From: the human T2T-CHM13v2.0 reference genome, Homo sapiens
Assembly: GCF_009914755.1 (NCBI RefSeq)
Contig: NC_060941.1
Strand: one strand, 5' to 3'
Length of the DNA: 64,000 bases
Part shown: piece by piece, positions 1 to 13,700 of the stretch
How the letters are laid out: each line of letters opens with the position of its first letter
Position numbering within the stretch: position 1 is the stretch's first letter
Position numbers and translations under genes: made by a program
Notes under the pieces: generated by a model
What the model was told of the DNA's origin: nothing
The model's input: only the letters and a program-made list of their open reading frames with translations
The model's database searches: none

Positions 1-19
1 CACTGGGCTAAGCATCTTA

Positions 20-185
20 ACAGATGCCATGTTTAATCCTCTCCACAGCCCTAGGAGATAGGTTCAGTAACTCTCACCATTTTACCGATGACAGAACTAA
101 GGCTCAGAAATGTGAAATAATGTGCCCAAGATTACCCAGCTGTACGCAGTGGAGGTGAGATTGGCATCCAAAACCTTCCCTCTCA
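20..185 (-). mobile_element. MIR
   Basis: CCATTTTACCGATGACAGAACTAAGGCTCAGA MIR core, reverse orientation. Confidence 0.75.
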
Positions 186-514
186 AGCTCTATGCCACTC
201 CCTTTGGTGATACAATTGCTGAGTATGTGGCTCTCCGTCTCCCTTAACCAGGGTCCGGCTGGATTGGAACAGCAAACCCTCTCTGCCTGCCTCTGGCCTC
301 TTCTTGCCCCCTTGGATTGAAGAATTGGCTCAGGGTGCTGCCTCTGACATAGGTTGCAAAGGCAAGTGGATGAAATTGGACAAGCTCTAAATCCAGTTTC
401 CCCTCTGCTCACCCTGTCACCAACTGGGGTTCCAGCTCCCTCTAGGGTCAGAAGGAAATGACTTGTGGGGTACCCGGTGTTTGGCAAGTGGATAAGGGTA
501 CAGGCTCACACCCT

Positions 515-700
515 GTCACTTGCTTGCTGTGAGACCTTGGGCAAGTGACTTAACCTCTCTGTGCCCCAGTGCTGGCATCTGTAAAATGAGGAAATAAGTA
601 CCAGGCTCATGGGATAATGATAGGATCGAGCTGGAAAGAGTTCACAGAGTTTGGAGCAGTGCCTGGCATGCAGTGAGTGCTTCTGCTATTATTATTAGTT
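515..700 (+). mobile_element. MIR
   Basis: GCTGTGAGACCTTGGGCAAGTGACTTAACCTCTCTGTG...CATCTGTAAAATG. Confidence 0.8.
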
Positions 701-2322
701 GGAGAATCAAGAGACGACTGTTTAAAAAGAGGAGCGGCCAGGAAGTATAGGCAAGTCTATCAAAAAGACATGGTTGATTTTGGGGGTCTAGATTTCCTAA
801 TTATTCAAGGCTGAGGGTCCTTGAGAGGGAAGAAAGGGGTGAATGGTTTCCAGGTGACATTCCTGCTTCCCCACCCCCATCCCCAGGAGGGTGAAATTCC
901 TCACAGGTCTCTGTGCGCTTTCATGTGAAGCCTGCCGAGCCCTGGCCAGCATTCCTCTGTCCATCCTGTGGGTTGGGAGCTGGTGGAGAGGGGTCATTAG
1001 CCCTTTTTCAGCTGTGTAAAGTGTGAGGGTAGGGCCCCAGCGGGGACCTGCTGAAAGCGGATGTCCCTCCACTCCCAGCGGAGGGGCTTCGAGGGAGGAA
1101 AGCCCATCTAGGTGGGTGTTCAGGGCTGCCTTACCCGCCCCTCGACTCGTGCCTGCAATGCAAGCGGATGCCTGTGACACAGACTGGAGGACCAGGTTGG
1201 GCCATTTCCCCTGCTGACATCCCCATCCCGAGGTCCCCTGGAAACAGGGTTTTGTGTGGACACCAGGGAACATGCCGTGCTGCTCCAGGGGACATGACCC
1301 TCAGTTCTGTCCCTGCCCCTGTTCTGTCCCTGACCCTCAGTTCTGTCCCTGCTCCTGTAGCTCTCAGGCTGCTGTGGGAGGGCAGGAGCTAGGGAGAAGG
1401 CCACCCCAGCTGGTGAGAGCTGGGGAAGCAGGTGAGATTGAGGAGAAAGTTGGATGGGTGGGGAGGTAAGGGCAGGCTTCCTGGAGGAGGGTAGGAAAGA
1501 TCGAGGGAGGATCAGGACTGGTGCGACGGGGTTGGGTGCAGGGATGTGGAGACCTGCTCTTTGAACCCTCTGCCTCCATGCCTGTGTGTTCTTCTGCACC
1601 CACCCACTTATCCATCCATCTGTCCATTCATTGACCCATTTTACATTTACCTGTCTGAACAGGACTTATGGAAGCCCTCACCCATTAGCTGGAGCTGTCC
1701 CACCACAGACTGGGCTAAATGGCCAGTGGTAAGCTTCGCCTCACTGATAGGTGGTAAGCTTCCCCTCACTGAAGTGTTGTGAGAGCTATCATGAGGGGGG
1801 ACCCCCACACAGGATGGGGGCTCCGTTACATTTCTTCCAAGGTGTCCTTCCTGCTCTAGGGTACTGGGAGGTTTTCCACCTCCAGTTCTTCCCTCCCAGG
1901 ATCTGAAGTTCGTAGCTTTCTCTCCAGTTGCTTTCTCTCCAGTTGTCAGTTGCTTCACCTTCATCCTGTCTCCTTCCCTCCCATCTCTAATTTGCCCCTC
2001 CTCCCCACCAGGCCCACGTGGGCTTCTCTATTTCCCTCTTCTCCAGCCTCCCTACCTCCACTCTGGCTTCTGCTGCCACCAGGGATAGCTCTGAAGGACT
2101 TTGCTGTAAGCGTGGACTTCCCTTGCTCAAAAGCTTTCCATGGCTCCCTGTTGCCTGTAGAGAAACATCCAAACTCCTCTGTCTGCCTTTCAAGGCCTTC
2201 TCTGAGTGGGCCCCAGGCACTTAGCCCACTTTTACGCATGAAAGCCACTCCACCTTCAGCACCTTACTCACCCCTTGCCAACCACCTTGCTTGGAGAACT
2301 CTTAACTGCAACTTTTAGCTGA

Positions 2323-2784
<462 letters not shown>

Positions 2785-3138
2785 TAGGTGCTCAACAAAT
2801 GTAACTAACAGTCAATAAATTTCCATCCCTCTGCTTTGAGGACCTCCCATCTTCTCATCACTGCTTGCCCAAGTCTAACCCATCCTTTGAGGTCATCTCA
2901 GTGCTTCTCCCTCCTTAACACCTTTCCTGGGCCCCCATCTGGGAAGCTCCACTCTTCCCTGAACCTCCATGGTAGATTATTTTTGTCATCCTTGTGCCCA
3001 GTGACTCTTTCATTGAACTGCAGGTTTCTACAGGGCAGGAACTGAGTCTCTCTTCATGTCATTGGATTGCTATTAATATTGCTATAACCACTAATGCTTT
3101 AAAAACATTTGTCCACAACTCTGTTCTAAATTAAGTCA

Positions 3139-3763
<625 letters not shown>

Positions 3764-4101
3764 TCCAGTGATTGCGTTTCTGTGTCTAGTATGTTCTGGG
3801 TACTGCTCCACTGCTCCAGGCCAGGGGCTCACAGTGGCAGGGCCTCATAGTCCTCTGGAGGCCAGGGGAAGAGAGACCATTAACAAACCCTTTGAGGTAA
3901 GGCTTCTCTGGCCTCCAGCCACACTGCAGAGCTGAGGTTACTGAGCTCAGAGAGGTTGCATTTCCTGCTAGGGTCACACAGCCAAGGAGTGTGGGGGTAG
4001 GCCCCCACAGGAGCCCTTTTACCCAGTGCTGGCTTCAGCCTACATACAGCCACCCAATTCAGATGGATGATCAATAAAGTTATAAATCCACACTTTTGGA
4101 T

Positions 4102-4421
<320 letters not shown>

Positions 4422-4446
4422 CTGGATTTCTTTTTTAAATGATAGC

Positions 4447-4590
4447 AGCCAGGTTTGGTGGCTCACCCCTGTGATCCCAGTGCTTTGGGACAACGAGGCG
4501 GGAGGATGGGTTGAGGCCAGGAATTTGAAACCAGCCTGGGCAACGTGGGGGCAAGACCCCATCTCTACAAAACAAAATTTTAAAAAATGA
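4447..4590 (+). mobile_element. Alu monomer (FLAM/AluJ-like)
   Basis: Single left arm; TSD AAATGATAGCA. Confidence 0.85.
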
Positions 4591-6466
4591 TAGCAAATGC
4601 AGCTTCTTCTTTTATTTGGAGTCTTTGGGTTAGGAACCCAGTTGGTGCCCCAACTAGGTGATGAGCCATTTCTATTTCTGACATGAAAACGCATTGCAGG
4701 GGCACTTGTTACTTCCCGGATAGACCCACGCTCCACCTGCTTCCTCTGTGGCGTCTCTCCTAAAGGAAGAGGGTCAGGCCTCATCTCTCAGGCACCTTCT
4801 TCCCACAGTGGCAGCTCCTATGATCAGGGGTTGGGTCCAGGGCGTTCCTGCATTCCCTCCCAGGGCAGAGAAGGGTTCCGTCCAAACTGGGAAGTGATCC
4901 CTGCCCTACCCAGGAGTCTGACCCCAATCTCTCCCACCGAGGCCACCACCACGTCCCCCTGCTCTGGCCCCAGAGGAAGGAGCAGAGTGTGGCTCCAGTG
5001 GGGAAGCCTCTGCCCCTGGACCCCTGGCCCCATCGCGGAGGTCCTGCCTTCCCTGCTGTAGAGCTGGCTCCCAGCCCCCACCAGGCTCACCTGCTTGGCT
5101 TCCATCCTGGGGGACAGAGATGTTATCCCTGGGGGTATGGGCCTCAATGGGGGCATTGTTCCCGCCCCATCCAGAGCAGGATCAGGGAGGGGACAGGGCA
5201 GAGACTGGGATTGTCCCAGGTGCCACACAGGCCAGCTTTGTCCTCCTCCAGCTCCCCCTCCCTCTGCCCTCCTACCTGTCCGGCCCCCTCCCTCTCACCC
5301 CTGCCTAGGCTTCTGGCTCCCCTCATAGGCTCCTCTGTAGCTTGGGGCAATGCAGCTGTTGCATGGGTGGGGTTCAGCCTGGCCCCGGGCGGTTGTGTGG
5401 GAGCAAGATGTCCCCTCCACATGACATTGCTCTTTGGAGCAGGGCCTCTCCTAGGCCAGGCCCAGCCCTGCCTGCCCAACTTGTCTGCTGATGGCACCCC
5501 TGTCTGGGGAGCACCCTGTCCCATCCTCACCCAGGCCTACCCACTCCTCTCCATGTACCATCCAGACCTGGTCTAACCGCATAGAGATTTCCTGATCACA
5601 TCATACCGAGAGGCCCCCAGGAGGGAGGACAGGCTGCATATAAAAATCAGTTCCCAACGCTGACCTGACAGCCAGGACTCCTGGATTCAGGTCCCAGCTC
5701 TGCCAGTAGCTGTGTGACCTTGGTGAGTCATGGTACCCTGGAGGCTTCATTGGTCCCATCTGTAAAATGATAGCATTGGACTATCTTTTCTAAGCTCCTG
5801 TTGGGCTTTGACCTTGTGTGGCTGCCTCCTGGGAAGTAGAGACGATGCTGGAGACTGACCCCGAGAGAAAGGAGCCCCCGCTCCCTGGCCTCTGCCTCTC
5901 CTCAACCTCCAGCCTGAGCTTTGTCCCCAAAGCATGAGTGACAGCCAAAGAAAGCTAATGGAAACCTGCACTGCTGCAGGTGAAACTGATCTCCAGCTCC
6001 AGATCCAGTTTCTCCTCCGGGCTGGCCCCCAGTCCCCCTCACACCTGCTCTGGTCCCCTTTGTTCGTTAGGCCAGGAGCAGTCCTGCCTTTCATCCACCT
6101 CCTGCCCCATTCATGCCTTAAGCCTGGGGCACCGCCTCCTCCTACCTCCTGGCTGGGGCACCATTGCTGTAGGCTGGCCAAGCGGGCACCCCAGGTCCGG
6201 GCTTTTCTCTCCCTTCCGCTCACCTGGAAAGATCACAGGGAAAGGAGATCAAGGTGGGGGAGCGAGAGGGCAGGAGGGGAGGCACTGTGTTCTACTGGAT
6301 GCAGCAAGTCCTTAATGCTGGGAGTTTTGGCTTCTTGCTGAAGAAGGTACAAATTCAGGAGGGCTTCTTGGAGGAGGGGGCAATGTCTTACATAGATTTA
6401 GCACATGTTTGAACCCAGTGGTGCCTATGAGGAGATCCTGCTCTTCCTTTCAGGACTTGTCAGAGC

Positions 6467-6970
6467 CATTCATTCATTCATTCATTTGGCAAATATTCAT
6501 TGATGTTGACTCTGTACAAAGCACTGTTGTAGGTGTTGGGAATACAGCTGCAAACAAAACCAAACCCCTGCTTTTGCAGTTTCTATTCCTGAGTGAGGTT
6601 GGGAAAGTCAGACACAAACAAATAGATATTAGTTGGTTATGATTGCTTAGGAGAAAAATTAAAATGGGTAACGGGACACCAAGTGACCAAGTGATATTTA
6701 AATAAGGATCTCAGCAGGCCTCTCAAGAAGTTGACATTTGAAGAGAGAACCAGGTGGGCAGCTGGGGGAAGATATCTTAGGCAGAGGGGATCGTAAGTGC
6801 ACAGGCCCCGAGGTGAGGGGAGTGGGCCTGTTGAGAGAGTAGCAAGGAGTCCACTAGGGCTGGAGTAGATGAATGGAGGGGAGGGTGGTAGGAGATGAGT
6901 CGAGTCAGGTGGCACAGGACCTCGTAGGCTGTGGCTGTGACTTCTGATTTTATTCCAGGTGAGATGGGGT
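6467..6970 (-). mobile_element. L2 fragment
   Basis: (TTCA)n tail followed by an L2 3' region in reverse orientation. Confidence 0.7.
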
Positions 6971-8234
6971 AAGGAAAACAGCCAGGGTGCCTCTCCTTTG
7001 GGTACCCTGGACGGCTCTAGCCCCCCTCTCTTCTTTACTGCCCCCCAGGATTAGGGAGAAGTTAAGAGCTCAATTTGGGAATCAGACCTAGGTTTGCTCA
7101 TCCATCATCATCCATCCATCCATCCCACCACGCATCCATTTCTTTGATGATGTTTCCTGCATACTCTGTGCTTAGTGAAGCCACTTACTAGACGGCTCAC
7201 CTTGGGCAAGTGGTTTATTTTCCTTTTCTGTGAAGTGCATCCAGCAGTCATTCTTTCTTACTTCAGAGGAGCAGGACCCAGTGTTTAACTTGCTTAGCCC
7301 AGCATGGGGGCACAGTGAGCAACTGCTTCATCCATGCCTGCGAATGTGACTCATATATACAAGCTCCCCGACCCCAACCGGCTCTGACCCACTCAGGGAA
7401 GTGTGACCTGCGCCCACCCTACTCCCAGCAGTCCTCCCAGAGAGAGCATCCCTGCCCTGTGGCCTTAGAGCCTCCTTGTGCTCCTCTCCCTACCTCCCAA
7501 AATGTCCCACCCCTGCTTCCTACTCCCTGCTCCCTGACCTCTGCCCTCTACCCTCTGCCCTCTGCCTCTGGCCCCAAGCATGGGGTCAAAGCTCATCAGA
7601 ACTTTCTCTCTGGGCCTCACATTCTAATTCACCCTCTTTATTTGTCAGTCTGCCTCTGTCCACCTCAACCTGGGGGCCGCTCACTCACCATCCTCTCAGA
7701 AAAGGCCGGGCGTGCCTTTTGTGCTGTCATGTGTTGGGCCCCAGCTGGGGGCACAAAGACCCAGAGACAGAACCTTAACTTCTGAGGAGCAAAGCCTGGA
7801 AAAAGCCCAGGCTTTGAAGCCCCAGAGAACTCTGGAGCCAGACATGTTGAGCAAACCCTGTCCCCAGCACATCCTCGCTGCTGATCCTTGCTAGTCCCTT
7901 CATGTTGCTGGGTCTCAGTTTCTTGATCTGGAAAAGGGAATGATAACACCTGCAGAGTTGTTGGTGGATCGGAGATCGTACACATAAAGCTCCCGCATGG
8001 AGAATGTGCTTCTCAAGTGGGTGTTGAGGAGCTGGGGTGTATGTACCCACACTAAGGCAGAAGCTCTGGCCCCGGCCTGGGAGTGTGATCCCAGAAATCA
8101 TTTGTGTGTGTACATGTGTCTGGGGTGAGGATCCATAGCTTTTGTCAGATTCTCCAAGGGGCCTTGAGCCAAAAAGCTGGCGATGTGAGGATGGCACGGC
8201 CAAAAACTTAAACAGAGTCAAGAAGTCAAGTCTA

Positions 8235-8540
<306 letters not shown>

Positions 8541-10384
8541 AGTCACTTCTAGAACATTCACTTGTCCATTCATATTTTTCAAAATCAATTATTTGGACAA
8601 CATATTTTTGGTACCTACTCTGTGCGAGGCCCTATAAGTCAAAGACTCATGGGGACCCCCACCCCCATCAAGGTGCCTTCTGTTTAGCCTCATGGGGACG
8701 CTGCACTTGACAGCTTATGGAGAGCCTCATCCAGGTGGTCTTCACTGAGCATTTCTGCTCCCCTGTAGGAGAGGCAGTGTGGGGGGCGCAATTTTACAGA
8801 TGAGAAACTTGAGGCTCAGAGATACTGAGTGACTGGCCGAAAGTCACACAGCTGATGAGCAAGACAGGTACCACGAGCCCTGCACTCATGCCGCCCTCCT
8901 GGCATCTCCACTGGCCCCCAAGGAGTAGAAAGCTGCTTGCCCTACAAGGGGTTCCAGGGACCACCCTCTCTTTCAGCCTCGGCACCAAATAGTCCAGCCT
9001 CCTCCTTCTCACCTGTGGAAGCAGTGATGGCCCACAGATGCCTGGTACAGCTCACCCACTGCTCCCTGCCATTGGAACCTTCAGGGCCCTGGTTTGGCAA
9101 AAGGGGATCCTTCCAGAAATTCCAATCACTGCCTGTATTTTCTTCCTCCTCAGTGCTGAGGGATGCCATCTGGCCTCGCTGGAAGAGGCAGCCTGGCTTT
9201 GGAGTTGAAGGTGTGGAAGGAGGGGTGCCTGGCATGTGAGGCAGAGTTGGTGGGGTTGTGAGAGATGGGGGAAACTTGCAGCGGGACCCTCCCTCCCCCC
9301 ACAGCTCCCACTGCACACACCTCTCCCCCCGCCACAGTCTTTTTGATGCTGCTGAGGCTAAGCCAGGCTTCAGCCCACGCGAAACTCTTCACACACACCT
9401 CCAGCTCCAGGCGGTCCCCAGGACCTCGTCAGGGGCTGGCCCCGTGCCTAGGTCCCAGCCCAGGGCGCCGAGCAGCAGCGAGGGGTGGGAGGCCCCGTGT
9501 GTTCCAGTATTTATTTATTTGAAGGCCCAGCATTTACACATACCTGGCTCTGATTACCCCCCGGGGCCCGGGAGGAGGGGGACGCTGCTGCTTGGGCCTT
9601 TGATGTTCCAGAGAAGAGATGGTGAGATGCTGTTGGGAGTCACAGCTGCTGTGGGGTGTGTGTGTGTGCGGGGAGCCCTGGTGATGTCACCTCACCAGAC
9701 TAAGGATGGCAGGCACTGTGCTGGGCCCAGGGATGACTAGAAGGGGTCAGAAGTGGGAAAAAGAGAGGTCCTTCCTAGGCCGAACTCTTGGTCTCCAGCC
9801 CAGCTACCCCCACCAGGGCCACAGCCATTGTCTTGGGTTTGGAACACGGATGCCCTTTACAGGAGCAGGGGCAAAAGGTGGCAGAACCTCCTCTCACAGA
9901 TTGAGGGAGGCAGGGAGGCAGGAACCACCAAAGCCCGGCGGCACAGGCCACCCCCACGCCACAGAGAGGCCCGACAAAGATCTGGAGATGGTGACACAGC
10001 CCCCGAGGAGGTCAATGTCAAGGAGTCAGGGACTACATGGTACAGGACAGAGACCTGCTCAGAACCACCAAGACCCACCATGATGTGCTCTGTTAGTGGG
10101 TCTCCTGTCTCCCCCAAAGATCCAGGGTTACCAAGGGGATGCAAACTGAGTGATGAGGGTGCTTACTCATAAGTGAATGAATGAATGAATAAATGAATGG
10201 AGATGTTGACACAGATGCAAAGACAGAAAGACAGGAGTGCATCTAGCACAGCTCCCATATGCCCTGAGTGTCCGCGATGGCTCAGGCACTGTCCTAGGGT
10301 TGAGTGAATGAGGAAAAGACACCGAGAGCACTAGGGACTATGTAGGGGAGGGGTCCAGGGAAAAGCAGAGCGAGAGGGCAAAAC

Positions 10385-10735
10385 AATTTCAGAAGCTGCA
10401 AAAAGAAACAGTACAAAGAGCACCCTATGCCTTTCACTCAGACTGATCTATTGTTAACATTTTACCTCATTTACTTTTATCATTCTTTCTCTACATACAT
10501 CCATGTATATGTACATATAGATTTTCCCCTGAACAATTTGAGGGTAAGTTACATCTATCATGGCCTTTGACCACTAAATGCTTCAGTGCGTATTTCCTGA
10601 AAATAGGGATATTCTCTTCCTTAACCTCAGTATAGTTATCAGTTTCATAAATTTGCTTTGATAGAATATTTTATCTCATCTATCATCCGTAGGTTCATAT
10701 TCCAATTCTGTCCATTGACCTAATAAAGCCCTTTC
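10385..10735. mobile_element. Old L1 (L1MC/ME-like) 3' fragment
   Basis: AT-rich; CAGTACAAAGAGCACCCTAT...TATTGTTAACATTTTACC motif typical of L1M 3' UTRs. Confidence 0.6.
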
Positions 10736-13700
10736 CAGGATTTTCCTTTCTGTAGGTCACAGACGCATCGGGAGAGAGACAAAGCAGTGGCACAGCTATC
10801 TAGAGACGCTGGGACAGAGGAGCCAGACACCCAGTGGGGTGGGGATGAGCATGTATAGGAGGGCGGCGCAGAGGAGAGGAGTGGTCTCAGTAGTCCCCAC
10901 AGGTCAGAATGTCCTGGCCTTACACTCTGCAGACTTTGACAAGGCAAGGGGGCAGCCCAGGCCTAGACCACTCAGTCCAGCAGGGTGATATGCCTCCACC
11001 TTCCCAGACCAAGGGCCCCATTTTGAAAGTGTGCTGAGACCCAGATACCCGGCTCTCAGGAACTTCTGAGCTAGCTCCTGAGAACTTGGGAAGCTTCCTC
11101 TCACTCAAACATCTTTGGGCTATCAACACAGAAAACAGAAAAAGCCTGACTTTCAAGGAGGCTTACGAAGCTGCACAGACCGGCGTCCCATTCATTTGGC
11201 CTGCCGCCCTCCCCAGCACACACTCGGGTTGGGAGTGCGGAGCAGTGGGAGGAACCCCACATCAGTTGTTCCAGATGTTCCAGCTGGCGAGTCCCAGGCT
11301 CAGCAGGGCCAGGGTGGCCAGTGGGGTTGTGGTGTCCCAGTCTCAGAGGACCTCCACTGATAGGTCTCTGGGATTTATGGCGGGTAGAGTCTCCACCCAG
11401 AACTTCCGGGGACAGCTGCAATTTTCCCCTTCTGAGGCCTCTTCTGGAAACAGTCCCCTCTGCTCTGAAGGGCTCTGGCCCCTTCCCCACACTCTTGTTC
11501 CGGCTAGAGATGGAGCCTTCCAGGCTGGGCTCCTGCCCATCTTCTCTCCTGCCATATCCCTACGCCTAGAACGGTGCCTGGTGCCTAGTAGATATCAATA
11601 CATATTTGTGGAATGAATGAATGAATGAATGAACAGTTCTTATTTCTATTCAGGGGACCAAATTAGCATATGTATTTATGGTTTTAGGGCTCCACCAAAC
11701 AAATCACTGGGTCGCTAATCCTGGGGTCTTAGGCTTGGTGCAGCAGTGGGTGGGAGCACATTTAATCCACCCATTTGCCAAACTCAACCACCTCCAGGCA
11801 CCACCTATTGGAAAAGGAGCTGGAGAGAGAATGCATGATGAGAGAGAGAGGGGTCCCAGGAAGAGAGTGACTACCTGGTCTTTACCCCTGATGAAGAGCC
11901 AGTGGGTGGAGCTTGCAATACGACACTGCATGGTTTGATATCAAAAAGGACGTCTCAATATATTTTGGTGTATCTTGGATGGTTTCACTGTCAATGTGTC
12001 CAGAGGCAGGGAGATGCCAGAGATGACTTCTTGACCCTCCCAGATGGCCCTTTGGGGCCTCCTGGGCCCATCCAAAGCTCTGCCCACCAGGCGTGGGTGG
12101 CTGGACTGTGGATGGTTGGCTCAAGCCTGCATCATTTGGACGGCGCCAACCGGGCCAAAGGTGCCCCACACATTGCCTGTCCCGGGATGGTGTCCAGGCC
12201 TTGGTCCCCAGGGTCCTCCCACCCCTGCTGGACAGCAGCCTCTCCCAGTGACTCAGCCCTGACGTCGTGGGGCGAGCGGAAAGGCCAAGGGCGTGGGAGG
12301 TGGTGGCTCCCTCCCTCCTGTCCTCACCTCTCTGGGTTCAGTCCCCATAACCTCCTTCCTTCCCGCCATCCCCGTTCTTTCATGAGCCTCTGTGCAGGAG
12401 CTATTGCCCCGGCCCATGGAGACATGCCCTATGTGTGCCCAGGTGTGTGCCAGGCCACCGTGGGTCATGGGATACAAGAACCACAGTGTGAGAGAGCTCC
12501 TGGCTCTGGATCCCACTCCCTCGCCCCTCACCCCAGCAGTCCCACCCTAATAGAGGGTTGGGGGGCACCAGCTCCTTTCTTAGGTGGCCTGGGGCACTCT
12601 CTGTTCACACTTGGGGATCTCTGTGCCCCAGGCCCTGGATCCACTTGTCTGCCCCCTGCCCTCCAGGGCCTCCCTTAGGTGTGTGATCTCAGCTTTTTTT
12701 ATCTCCCCTAGATGGGAGAGGATCCCTGGGACCCACACCTCCCCACTGCAGGCCAGTGCACTGGGGCCTCCAACTCTGTCCCACCTGCACCCCGCCCAGC
12801 TGCCCCCTCCTCCAACCCACTTCAAAGCCCAGAGCCAGCAGGAGCTAATTACATGCCCCCCACCCCCCTCGCTCGTTAAGTGTCATTAGCTCCAGTTTAC
12901 AGATGAGGAAACTGAGACTGGGGAGGTAGAGGACGTCACCCCCTCCGTCCCCACCCTGGCTCCCGAGCCAGCGCTGGCACAAGGTCCCAGGGCCCTGCCA
13001 AGACCCCTCTTCCTTGGAGGACCTGGGGGCCCAGTGCCCATCCCCAGCTCCCACTTCCTGCCTTCCCCGAGCTCTTCTCTCCTTTCCTTGGAAGGAAGCT
13101 GCGGGCTTGGGCAAACAGCTGCTGAGTCCCTAGAAAGGGGTGGGCAGGGTGCCTCTCTGAAATCACACATAGGCAAAATGCAAATGAGCCCCCCAATTAT
13201 TATAGAGTCAGGGCGGTGGCACTTCAGGTAATAGGACTTGGGGAGTGGAGGGACCCCACCCCTATCCGCTTACCAGCTTGCCAGAGGCCCCCGCTGTGGG
13301 CAGGGGCTGGTGATGCTGTCACCCTGAGTGAGGCTGGGATACAGTGGGGTGGGGTGAGAGGAGGATGCTGACACTGGCATGGCTTGGGAGGGCGCCGACC
13401 TGATGTTGTCAGCTAGGACGGCCCTGCCCTCCGGGACCAGAGAGAAACCCCAAACCTCAGCTTCTCCTTGGGAAAGCAGAGGCTTCCCTTTGTGGTTTGG
13501 GAGCAAAGCCAGCTCCTTGACCCTGTTTGACTCGGCCATCTGGGGCTTAGTGGGCTGTGAGATCTTTGAGACACCCCCCAGCAAAGGGGAAGAATGCCCC
13601 CCTGCTTACAGACTGGGAAACTGAGGTCCAAAGAGGGAAATGGTTTGTCCAATTGGGATCACACAGCGCAGAGGGAAAAGCAGAGAATCTGGAGAACACA

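Noticed and set aside
1295-1358. Short tandem duplications (36 bp here; also ~1915-1945, ~27818-27851, ~61753-61809)
   Set aside because: Two-copy slippage duplications, common and with no sign of function.
11902-12678. 258-aa ORF
   Set aside because: Non-ATG start; Pro/Gly/Ser/Trp composition typical of random GC-rich DNA; no homology recognised.
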